Assembly (NCBI GenBank): GCA_964106645.2
Contig: OZ067039.1
Direction: 5' to 3' (one strand)
DNA length: 64,000 nucleotides
Source: Podarcis pityusensis
Lineage: Eukaryota
Positions 25,221-36,278 of this stretch are shown here, piece by piece; the stretch's first letter is position 1, and the number at the start of each line of letters is the position of its first letter. Made by a program: the position numbers and the translations under genes. The notes under the pieces were generated by a model that saw only the letters and a list, made by a program, of their open reading frames with translations, had not been told where the DNA came from and made no database searches.

Positions 25221-26732
25221 GGGGATGGTGTTGTGAGGTATTTCATGCTGGTAGCTTGGATTTCTGCATTCATGCGCATGTCCCCTTTGAAGCCCTCATT
25301 TATTTATTAATCTTTAAACATCAAACTAACAGTGGACCTGTGGCACTCTAATCATTTCAGCTCATGTAACGGAAAGAATGCTTCCTCTTTTGGCAGCTGC
25401 AAGTCCCTGTCCCCTGTCTCCAACTCCCCACCCGCCCCCACCCCTCCAAACAAAAAGGGGGGGAAAGAAAAGAAGAAGACAACAGCCTCTTCCTGATCTC
25501 AAGGTCTCTGAACGAACTTGGCAAACTAAGTAGCAGTGTGGTGAATTGCATCCTTTTGCAGCAGCCTTTTGTTGTAGGAGTGTGTGTGTGTCCCTCAGTT
25601 GTTAGGGAGGAGGATTTATAAAAGAAAGGCTGTTGAAATATTGGAGGGGGTGTGTGCAGCCTTTCCACTATAATGTATATACTGTAATGTAAAGATCCAG
25701 GGAGAAATATGTTGCTTCAAGTAATTGCCTCTGTTTAGCACGCTGACAAAGATCATTGTGACCAATGTGCTTATAGGACCGTGTTCAAGGCTTCTCCAGC
25801 ATGTCATGGGCTCCCCAGTTGCCTCCCACACTCCCAGCTGCACTTTTTCAGTGGCTTCTCATTTGAATCTATAACGTGCGACTTCAGGTGCCTGTTTCGG
25901 TTGTTGCTCACCTGATACTCACCTCACTCCAGTTCATCTAACATTAGAGTCTATGTAGCAAAGTTTGGACCGCTCAGAACACGCTAAAAGTGCCAAATGA
26001 TTGGTCTTATTTTTATCCCCGCTTAATATAGGCAGTAAGGCTCTTGAAATAGGGGCAGAGAGTAACAGCCTTTCTAAATTAGAATGGTGGGGGAGAATAA
26101 TGTGATATGTACTCCAGGACTGGTGAGGAAACTTCCAATGCCTTAAAACTTTGAACACTATTTTATTTCCCTTTAAAAAGAAGGCAGCTCTTAAAATTAT
26201 TATGTTGGAGGCCTCTTTCTTTTGTGACTGAGAAGTGAGAAGGCTCAGACTGCTGCTACCATCAAACGAGAGGATGTTTCTGAGCTGTGAGATTCTACTT
26301 TGCACATGCAGTCCTGATTGATTTATATTAACTCTAGAAATACTTTTCTAGTTTCTAGGGTAGCTTGGGTTTTGCCAGTTTTTTTATCCACAAGTTTCTT
26401 TTTTTAGACTTGTGATGCCATAAAGAAACAAGACACTCATCTTTTGATTTCATAGCTTATGTTTCTCTCTCTGGGGCGGGATTCAGCATAACACTAAGGC
26501 AATTCGGCTTGCTAGATGAATCAGTCCCCCATTTCTTCTGCCTGCATTCTGTTTGGAGTTCTTTTGAGTAGTTATGCATAGAATTACACTGTCAACAGCA
26601 GTTTCTCAAACTTTGATATCTGGTGAATAGTTCTCCTGCAGCCCCTTCACCCCACATTAAAATGGGAGGCATTGTACTAAAGCATTTTGCAGAGCACTGT
26701 AGGAGCACCTTTCCTTGCAAGATAGCCCAGAC

Positions 26733-26868
26733 CAGGCATGGCCAAACCTGGCCCTCCAGCTGTTTTGGGACTACAATTCCCATCATCACTGACCACTGGT
26801 CCTGTTAGCTAGGGATGATGGGAGTTGTAGTCCCAAAACAGCTGGAGGGCCAAGTTTGGCCATGCCTG
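26733..26868. mobile_element. Palindromic hAT MITE (ACTACAATTCCCATCATC family), intact copy
   Basis: Long arms CAGGCATGGCCAAAC...GTTTGGCCATGCCTG; exact 8-bp TSD GCCCAGAC. Confidence 0.9.
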
Positions 26869-27214
26869 GCCCAGACAATATTGCTTCCCATTATCCCTCC
26901 CCTTAGCCTTGTGTCAGTCAGGGCCTAGGATTCAGACCATGCTTTCTGGACAGTGGTGAGCTTTCTGGGATTGCCCTGCATCTGTCGGTTCATAAAGCCG
27001 GGGGGGGGGGGGGAGAGGCTGCTGCTGCTGCTGCTTGGGCCTCCCCACTCCAAGAGGCACCAGAGTGTGGTGAATGTGTGCAACACAGTAGCTAACCTTT
27101 TCAAGGCACTCTTGAGCTCTCTTGCAGCACACTCTACTTTAACAGCAATTGGTGAAGACCTCTTGAGCTCTTCATAAGAGGAGAAAATGTGTATTGGCAT
27201 TTTTAACTTTAAAA

Positions 27215-27587
27215 AAAGTTAAAGGACCCCTGGACGGTTAAGTCCAGTCAAAGGCGACTATGGGGTTGCGGCGCTCATCTCGCTTTCAGGCCAAGGGAGC
27301 CAGTGTTTGTCCACAGACAGCTTTCCAGGTCATGTGGCCAGCATGACTAAACCGCTTCTGGTACAATGGAACACCATGACGGAAACCAGAGAGCACGGAA
27401 ACGCCGTTTACCTTCCTGCCGCAGCAGTCCCTATTTATCTACTTGCACTGGCATGTTTTCAAACTGCTAGGTTGGCAGGAGCTGGGACAGAGCGACGGGA
27501 GCTCACCCTGTCACAGGGATTCGAACCACTGACCTTCTGATCGGCAAGCCCAAGAGGCTCAGTGGTTTAGACCACAGCGCCACCCGC
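27215..27587 (-). mobile_element. Sauria SINE (full length, minus orientation)
   Basis: Reverse complement has GCGGGTGGCGCTGTGG head, GGTTCGAATCC B-box, GCAAGTAGATAAATAGG core and GGGGTCCTTTA tail. Confidence 0.9.
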
Positions 27588-30500
27588 TTTACGTGTACCT
27601 TGAGCTAGTTTAAATGAACTGTCTAGTCACCTAAATCCTGTATTTCATGCAGAGATGTCTGTGTTAACGTTTTAACATGCTGACTAATTCCATGTCCTGT
27701 TTGTAAGCTTTCTGAAACATCTGGCTAGCTGCTGTTGGATATAGAAGTAGATGGACCCCCAGTCTGATCTTGCAAGGCACTTCCTAAGTTCTTTTGTTGT
27801 TAATGTGTTGATACCTCCAGGCCAAAGCTGAGATGCTGTGATAGCACAGATCTGTCACAGTCTCCCCTTTTAACCAAGACTATCAATATCAGCTTTTAAG
27901 AGCATTCAGTTTTGCATCTTTTCACGTGTGCCTCTATACTTTACCAACTTAATTTGGTAAGCTGCTTTCATTTGTGTAAGAAGACAGAGATGAATGCTGT
28001 GGAAGGACCCTGCAATATTCCATTAAATTGCAAATAGTCGTATATGTTTATATAAAGCTTGGCAGGTTCTTCTGAGAAAGAATGGTACAAATGAGGTTGG
28101 ACTGCACTCTGCTGGACTACCCTTGGCTAGAGTGTCAAATAACACAAGTTCCTGTATTAGGCACCATCTGTTCTTTCTAAAATCTAGCTTTTGGAAGGCC
28201 TGATGCTACTCGCCCTCTAACTTGGGTTTTGATTTTGGAGTCTTCTACTCTTTCATGCGTTCCAGAGGCTTTTTCGGCCGTTAATCGAAAATATAACCAA
28301 AATGAGAATGTGATCTTCAGAAGATCTGGAGAATTCCTGATCCTAATGTGTTATCCCGGAAAAGAGGCAGGAGCAGGGCCAATCATTCCAAAGCCAAAGG
28401 TATCCATAGCCCAGAGGCAGCATTGAGTGACTCATTCCTTGGAAGCAGTTGCTGCCAGCGGCAAAATCGGAAGTGGCCTCTAGTCTTCTGTTTTCATTTA
28501 AGATTCTGTCCCATGGCAGAAAAATGAAAATGGCATGGAGATGCCATCAGATGGTGTTATCCCATAGCAGTGAAGTGATAGGAATGTGCAAGAGTTCAGT
28601 GGCAAGGTGGATTTAGAGAAGGAAAGCAGAGGTGGAATGAAGTTGTTTTCTCTGTAAATCTTTTTAACGTGTTCAAAAGCTACCCTGAAAGTCCATGATG
28701 ATCATTTTGCTGATTTTTGTGCATTGCAGGCGAAAGGATTTCATTGGTCCTATTGAGAGAATATACTTTTCCTTTCCTTCACCCATGGAACGTGTTGTGT
28801 CTTTGGGATTCCCGTGTAATTTATACAACAGACAGAGGGAAGCAGACAAATGACACACAAATGAGCCTTAAAAGTAAAGGAGGGAGCTGTGGAGAAGCCC
28901 CTTTGAGGGGAGGTTTTTATTGGCCAAACTCTAGGAAGGGAAAAAGGTGGGCAAGGGATGCAGAGCTGGGAGGGGGAGAGGAAAAAACGAGTCTGGAGGA
29001 GGTGGCTGAATGTTGTGTGCTTACGAGCTGCTGTCCCATTCCTTTAAGTCTCTTCCAATTAAAAGAGCTTTGGACTGATGTTTTGCCAGTGGTGGGAATT
29101 GGTTGGGAGAGGAGGAGCTCAGAAGTCAAAGCGGGACTTATTTGTCAACCTCTGAGTAAAAATAGGGTAGCGGCTCTTATCGGGGCATGCTGTGTGTGTT
29201 GCAGCATTTGTGCCTCATGTGTCTCTCATTCTTGAACTGTGTTCCTCTGCGCTCTGTCTATCCCTTCTTTCTTTGTGCCTCACTCACAGGCCCTGCCATG
29301 AATTTTCTCTGACCCCTTGGGGCCATTCCCACATGAAGCTTTGATGTGTGTGCCCAGAGCTTGATTGACAAGGAAGTTTTAGTGGCAGCAACTGGAGAAT
29401 CGAAGAGAAAAGGGCAGGGCTTTGAACTAAAGGGCTTTGAGCTCCGAGATGCTGTGCTTAGTTATCTCCTTCAGAATGTTAATTATTCATCATGATAATT
29501 GGGCAGGAGAGGGGAAAAAGAGAGGGGAGGTTATTAAAAAATTCCAACACTAACACGCTACAAAAACCTCATTTTCCAACGTTGTGACTGGCGTGAAAAG
29601 GATAGTGTGTATGTGAAGAGGTTTGGGGAGGGGGGGGCCTTCTTTTTTCTTTTTCTTTTTTTAATCCATTCCCTAAATAGTAGGATCCCTTCAGATGAAG
29701 GCAGCGGGGACATCAAAGCTTTTGTAAGAGTTTTCTTGGGGGTTTCTTAACTGTGTCTGGTACTTTTTAATTAAAAAGTTTATGGAGAGCCGTCTTTGTG
29801 ACTGGCTTCTGGTGGAGCTGGCAAGCCTGGGTCCCGCTGCTTGAGAAAGAAAATGTTTTTAAGGGGCCTAATAAATATTGTTTCCTACTGCTAGGATGTC
29901 AGGTTGGCACTGTGAAAGACCTCGTCGCTAGAAAGGAGGTGAGCCCTGGTGCTGAGGAGGGCAGGGAGTGCGGGCTTTTCCTGGGAGCTAGACGTTGTCG
30001 GCCACTTTGAATGCCCATGCCCACATCCGCCCCTCAGGTGCTCATTCCAAGTCTATGGCGAATGGGTCAGGAAGAGACATTCTGCGGTCACTGTTATGCA
30101 GGCGTATTCTTAGTATCCTGACATTGTTTCACATCAGTCGCTTCAAATAATGGAAGCAACGTGGTTTCTGTGGCAAGTGAATATACACCATCCTGTCCTC
30201 TTTCGTTCCAATACATAGCTTTTGGACCCAAATCAGAGGTTCTCCATCAAGAACACTGATAATGGAATGATGTGTTCAGTGGGAAGCATAAGATTTCCAG
30301 ACTTATGATGCTGGGAATTTTTGCCTCAGTGTGCATCACCTTTGTAGGTGTTTACATGGAACAGGATTTGCCATGTTGTTGCTCCTTTAGTTTGGAAAGA
30401 TCCTTGTGGAGCTTGAGTTCTCACCATCCTGAATAACTTAAGAATTCTCAGGTATATTCCATCCAGACCCAGTGAGCTAAGTTTCTAATTTGTCAGTAAG

Positions 30501-32008
30501 TCCTAGAATGTCATCATCTTCCCCCCTTCATGACTTAGATCTTCAGATGCCCTCATTTCCAGGAAAGTGGTTTATTAGCAGATATCCAGTATTATTATTT
30601 TTTGCTCATCCAGCTTTGCTGCAATCTCCCTATCTTCCTATTAGCATCCTTTCTCTCCTTTGTCATCTAATGGTCCAACTGCCTCCATGTCCTGCTTCTG
30701 ACATACTTAAATTTTGTATTAATACTTTTAGAACATGTTTCTCACTCCCTCTCCCCACCCCACAAGCATTGCCAGGCACTTAAAAGACTTTGGGTACGTG
30801 CCCATGACACCCGCTTGTCCTAATTTATATTTATAGATGCCTCTGGGTGAATTAAGATGGTGGGTACTCTAGAGCAAGGGGTGGCAGGAGGGTCTCACAA
30901 GCACTGTGCTTTGCAAGGCACCCAGCTGTCCTCTAAGCAAATGAATGTTACCTTTCAACTTCCTTTTAAATATAGATAGATACGTAGATACATAGATAGA
31001 TGGTAACTAAATCTTGTTCATTTGCTGTTGTTGTATATTCATATTTATAGGATTCTTTTTTAATTGCCCTGTATTATATATTGTTGGCTAACTTGGGTGC
31101 TTGATGTGGAAAGTCAAGATATTACATTTAATTATTTATCCACAAATCCCCATTATTTAAGTTTTCTCTTTTGAAAACAAATGTGACTGTGCTGGACATT
31201 CTGGTCAACTTTCCACTTACATAGGTATTGAATTTAGCAGCACAGTCAGTTCATCAACACTTAACATCTTACACCAGACTTCTCCAATGTAGTGCCCTCC
31301 AGATGTTGTTGGACTCCCAGCTCCCATCAATTCCATCCAGCATGGCCAGCCATCGTAGTCCAAAACACTTGGCAAGCACCAGATTAGGAAAGGCTGGGCT
31401 ATATTGTGATTGCCTACACATATGTAAAGGGCTTTGTTGCCAGCATGGTGGCATTCTCGGTATTCTTGAAATGTGGTGACCTGGTTTGCACAGAGTGGTA
31501 AGCCATCGTTTGTTTAAAAGTCTACAAGTTAACCACAAGTTGTCCCACGGACAATGATAACTTGGTTTTCCAAAGTTTGGTTTGTTGCTTCTCCTGCTTC
31601 TCTTGCCTTTTCCTTTACAGTTTGGTAAGCATCATCTAGGATGGGGTGGTCAAACAAACCATGGTTAAGGAAGGATCCTGGGAGTAATGCCAGGTCACTG
31701 TTAGAACAAACCAAGGTTCAAACCATTGCTGCAACAAACCATAGCTTCAGAGTGTAGTTTGTTGGCAGTAAGTAAACCATTGTGAAGTTGTTGGGCCAGG
31801 TTCATACATAACATTAAGTCAGTTTAGTAAACCATGGTTTAGCGTTATGTATGAAACCAGCCATGTTGTGACAAGCAAGATTTCCCCACTTTTAAGTTTC
31901 AAGGAAACAGTACTGTTCTGTGCATGCATGTTCCCAAGGCTGAGAGGAGAGGCATTTCTGGCCCTGGCTGTGTTTCTTCTAACCCTGGATATTTTCTCTT
32001 GTTAACAG

Positions 32009-32060
32009 GCTAACCTCTTCCCTGCTGCCATTGTACATTTTGGATCTGAGATGCAGAAAG
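32009..32060 (+). CDS. ASPSCR1: ASPSCR1 exon ANLFPAAIVHFGSEMQK
   Basis: ttaacAG / GTgagt; continues TLFQ-ANLFPAA. Confidence 0.95.
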
Positions 32061-33262
32061 GTGAGTCACTTATCTTCTTCCTCTCCATAAGAAACTCTGC
32101 ATAGTTGTTACATGAGCATCTAGATGAACTGTGTCCACGGTTTCAGCTATGGTGGCTGAACTCTGATTAATGTGTTGGGCATAAATAAGTGGATATTTAT
32201 AGCTCGGGGCTCTTAGAGGTTCATGAAACCTTTTCGTTTGATGCAAATTAAATGATAGCCCAATATGGAAATGGTTGTAAGGGAAGTGCCCACTCTGGTT
32301 TAAGGCGAAATGAACTGAATCTTGGTGCCATTCATTGTTTGCTGTAGAAATTTTGGTTCACAGGTGGCTTTTTTTTTCAATTTGGGGGTGAGGCCTGTTT
32401 TTAGGTGAAAATCTCTGCTTTCTATGTACCACCCCTTTCTCAATTCTTTTTTGACTCAGCTAGGGAGTACTCTTTGTCCTATTGTGTGTATCTTGAGTTA
32501 GCTAACAGCTATAGAAATCTTAATCATGCAAAATAGGTGAGGTATTATCTTTTTTGAATTGGCCCATCTTCAGTTAGTGTGCAGAATTGCACACTTTTTC
32601 AGGGTAGGTATTTAGACCTTAAGTAAAAATTGGGTCCAAAGTATGGCAACTTTATGTATATCTTCTGCATCTAACTTATTTTTTTGGACCAGACACTAAT
32701 ACAGTAAATGTCCACGTGAACATTTCACAGTTGTCTCTCGCCATGGTTCACTGTTAATCTGAGGACAAATGTCTGTGTGGTGCATACTGTTCTGGACATC
32801 TTTAAAATGCAGCAGGACTGACCACCATAGTTGGATGGGCTTTAGGGGGATTTGTCTGCAGGGAAGATCAGAGTAGGGTTGTGCTGCAGGTTGAAGATAA
32901 CATCTGGTAGTCTCTCCTAACGGTTCAATTTACTAGGAACCTGCCAAGAACTAAATGATAAAAGAAACATATACAAGCAGGGGGAGACACCATCCCTGTC
33001 TGGCAGTTCTATTTTTGTGTAATGTTGCAGTCTTTACTCAACTAGTTCACAGAATAGGATCTGATAGGCAGATGCGTGTTCTAAAACACACAATCTTAGA
33101 AGTTGAGATAAATGTTTCACAGGTTGGGAGAAGAGTACTGAAGACGATTAGTGCAGCTTGTTGGGGCTGTTGGTTTCACAAAATAACAGAGTTGCATCAT
33201 GGGGCTTCCTAGCTCTGAAGGACAAGAACTTTGAGTGAGGGGTGTGTGTGTCTGTTTAACAG

Positions 33263-33329
33263 ATTATCTAAGGTCGGACCTCCTGGAATCTGCTGTGTCC
33301 CCTTCTGAAGCTGACATCTTAGTAGCTAG
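33263..33329 (+). CDS. ASPSCR1: ASPSCR1 exon DYLRSDLLESAVSPSEADILVAR
   Basis: ttaacAG / GTaagt; resembles human YLEPGLLEHAISPSAADVLVAR. Confidence 0.93.
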
Positions 33330-33379
33330 GTAAGTAGTGTGAGTAATTCTTTTTGAAGCTGTTGTGGATGAGTGAGTTA

Positions 33380-33544
33380 TCATAGAACTGCAGAGTTGGA
33401 AGGAATCCTGAGGATCCTCTAGTCTAACCCCCTGCAATGCAGGAATCTCAGCTAAAGCATCCATGACAGATGGCCATCCAACCTCTGCTTAAAAAGCTCC
33501 AGTGAAGGAGAGTCTACCACCTCCCAAGGGAGACCAATCCACTG
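33380..33544 (-). mobile_element. CR1 LINE 3' fragment (related piece at ~17835-17955)
   Basis: CATAGAA..AGAGTTGGAAGG..TCTAGTCTAACCCC typical of a CR1 3' end; GGCCATCCAACCTCTGCTTAAAAA shared with ~17857. Confidence 0.75.
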
Positions 33545-33809
33545 AGTTGTTGCCTTGCCCAATGAAGAGTTTGCCAGCAGTTTACAAAGCTTGCTTTTAC
33601 ACGTGTTCTCCCACTGACAGCTTTGAACACCCCAAATTAATGAAGAGAGACCCCTGTAGTATCAAAAGCCATAGGGATTGGGAGGCATTTTTGCTGATAT
33701 GCAACCTCTGGCTTTCGCAACAGTATTTGCAGTGATTTACATTTTGGAATATGTAAGCTTAGCAACTGGAAGACCCATATGAACATCTAATACTTACCTT
33801 TTCTCTCAG

Positions 33810-34000
33810 GCAGTTGTCTAAATCAGCACCTCCCACTAAGCGAAATTCAGATCCTGTTCTTAGTTCCCTACCTAAACCAAATGAGACTGATGGGAGCGTG
33901 GCAAGAGGGCACTCAGAAGCAGCAGTGGCTCCTGAAGCAGCACAGCCACCAGTAAGGAGGACGCCATCTGGGAAAGTGCCAAAGTGGCTGAAGCTGCCAG
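33810..34000 (+). CDS. ASPSCR1: ASPSCR1 penultimate exon QLSKSAPP...GKVPKWLKLP
   Basis: ctctcAG / GTacct; conserved C-terminal GKVPKWLKLP. Confidence 0.94.
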
Positions 34001-34020
34001 GTACCTTCTTAAGTATTACA

Positions 34021-34373
34021 GTGACGCGGGTGGCGCTGTGGGTTAAACCACAGAGCCTAGGACTTGCCGATCAGGTTGGCGGTTTGAATCCCTGCAACGG
34101 GGTGAGCTCCTGTTGCTCAGTCCCAGCTCCTGCCAACCTAGCAGTTCGAAAGCACGTCAAAGTGCAAGTAGATAAATAGGTACTGCTCCAGCGGGAAGGT
34201 AAACGGCGTTTCCGTGCGCTGCTCTGGTTCGCCAGAAGCGGCTTAGTCATGCTGGCCACATGACCCAGAAGCTGTACGCCGGCTCCCTCGGCCAGTAAAG
34301 CGAGATGAGTGCCGCAACCCCAGAGTCAGTCACGACTGGACCTAATGGTCAGGGGTCCCTTTACCTTTACCTT
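34021..34373 (+). mobile_element. Sauria SINE in ASPSCR1 last intron
   Basis: GACGCGGGTGGCGCTGTGGGTTAAACC head; (TTTACC)n tail. Confidence 0.92.
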
Positions 34374-34754
34374 ACTTGTTCCTAGCCATTGTACTGCTCC
34401 TAAAAAAGATTCTGTGCGGCAGTCTGGCTCGTCAGCTAAGTGCGTATCTGAATATCCTGATTTAGGGCTGGGAAGGAATTTCCCTCAAGCAGATCAGAGT
34501 TTTCCTTTCCTTTCCCCCTCATACTCCTTTCCTACTACCCATCTTAGGCATGGTACGCCATGCTTGTCTCCCCCTGTAAAATGTGGCCCTGTTTAGTCTC
34601 CTACCAGCAGAGCCCTAAAATATTCTAATGTACTTTTCAGTCTGAAAGGACCTGTCATTTGGGAGGCTCTGGAAAGCTCAGCAGTTGGCAGCTCCACTAT
34701 ATCAAAGTTTGTAGTAGAGGTTGCTTTCACAGTTGCTTTATGTTTGCATTTCAG

Positions 34755-34768
34755 GTGGGAAGCGATGA
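34755..34768 (+). CDS. ASPSCR1: ASPSCR1 last coding exon (G)GKR-stop
   Basis: catttcAG acceptor then GT GGG AAG CGA TGA; parallels human ...ASKR*. Confidence 0.85.
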
Positions 34769-34888
34769 AGGACTTGTGATTTCCACCTTCAGAAAGTTGC
34801 CTCACGGGGCTGAGAGGCAAGTTGGGTTGCTCTGTTTTCCTTCATCTGAAGCTGCTGAAATACAGGGCCCAGCAAACGGATTTTTCAG

Positions 34889-34894
34889 AATAAA
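34889..34894 (+). terminator. Candidate ASPSCR1 polyadenylation signal AATAAA (alternative at 35381-35386)
   Basis: First AATAAA ~120 nt after the stop codon, followed by GT-rich sequence. Confidence 0.6.
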
Positions 34895-35783
34895 ATTGCA
34901 AGCACCATTTTCTGTTGCCCATTCTGCTGCTCTGTGTGCAACATTATGTTTGGGTGGGGGGTAAAGCAGAGACACACTCCAGCCACGCTGTTGTTTAACT
35001 AACATGAAGTAGGCGCGGAAATTTGTAGAACTACTTTGCTGTATTTGTTGTGTAGGTGCAGGGAATTTCAGGACCAGGTTGTTGATGATAATTAAAAACC
35101 CAGTTGGGTGGTCATATATGAGTCTGTGACACGTCAGTTGTCAGATGATCACCTTTGTGTTGTATAAATTGTCACCAAATCCCCTATGTTGGAGGTTTGC
35201 TTCTGGTAACCCACAGGACTCCATGCCTGCCACACGCTGGACACTCCTTTTCCAGTGCTGCAGGCACCGTACGTTGCTGCAATATTTTGTAGTTCTCAAA
35301 ATCTGTTGGTAGATCTGAATGAAGAGATGCCTTAGGACCTGGCAACACTTAAGAGAGGTCAGTGAATACTCTTTTGGGGTAATAAAAACACACACATCCC
35401 CACGAAATTGCTTCAGACAACATAGGTTAGTGATAGCCAAAATGGATGTCATCTCAAAGTCTTCAGTATGTTGCTTTTAATTCTTTAATGCCATTGGCAA
35501 GTAGAGGCAAGCCAGAATGCACTTCATGGTCATCTTTATATTAAAGATATGTGTGATGCACAAGCAGAGGATGTAGGCAAGGTCACATGCCAAAACCCTT
35601 TTGGAGCTTCAGATCCATAACGAAACTTCCATTTGCTTATCTTTTTAAATATTCCAGTGTTCCCGGAGCCTCTTCCTACTTCCTTTTGAACACTAGCTTA
35701 CGGTAGTTTCTGTTGATTTCATGCTGTCACTTCTTAATAAGCACACAGTTCGCTTTGCTTTATGTGCATGTTTGAATCATGTA

Positions 35784-36278
35784 CCGTATTTTTCGCCCTA
35801 TAGGGTGCACCGGCCCATAGGGCGCACCTAGTTTTTTTTGGGGGGGGGGGATAAAGGGAAAAAAATTATTTCCACCCCCCAGGCGTGGGGCTGGGGCGGG
35901 GGAAGCCCAAGCTTCCCCCAACCCCAGCCCCCAGAACAGGCTGCTATCCGCAAGCCTAGGGAGCCCGGCAGGAACTCCCGCCGGGCCTCCAGGCTTGCGG
36001 AGAGCTGCCCGAAGCCCGGGGTGCGCTCCGCTGTGCTCCCCGGGTTTTGGGCTGCAGGCTGCTGTCCGCAAGCCTTGGGAGCCTGGCGGGAACTCCCGCC
36101 GGGCTCCCAAGGCTTGCAGATAGCTTCCTGAAGCCTGGAGAGCGAGAGGGGTCGGTGCGCACCGATCCCTCGCTCTCCAGGCTTCAGCGAAAGCCTGCAT
36201 TCACCCCATAGGATGCACACACATTTCCCCTTCATTTTTGGAGGGGAAAAAGTGCGTCCTATAGGGCAAAAAATACGG
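35784..36278 (-). mobile_element. Tc2-like MITE, copy 2 (opposite orientation to copy 1)
   Basis: Same TIR and subterminal sequence, TA TSD at 35782-83 and 36279-80. Confidence 0.85.

Larger units (their letters stand above)
381..34768 (+). other. ASPSCR1: ASPSCR1 (TUG/UBXD9/ASPL) gene span, 5'-partial; 10 coding exons in window
   Basis: Spliced translation contains FVPFVGGGQRL, ELPDEFFEVTVDDVRKRL, LERYPKVVLRVYFPDRHILQGFF, TLFQANLFPAAIVHFG, GKVPKWLKLP, all recognisable from vertebrate TUG; exon phases chain without frameshift. Confidence 0.97.

Noticed and set aside
17973-36278. Composite transposon or dsRNA formed by the two inverted Tc2-like MITEs around the ASPSCR1 3' exons
   Set aside because: Each copy has its own TA TSD, the enclosed exons are in their normal position, and copy 2 lies beyond the likely poly(A) site
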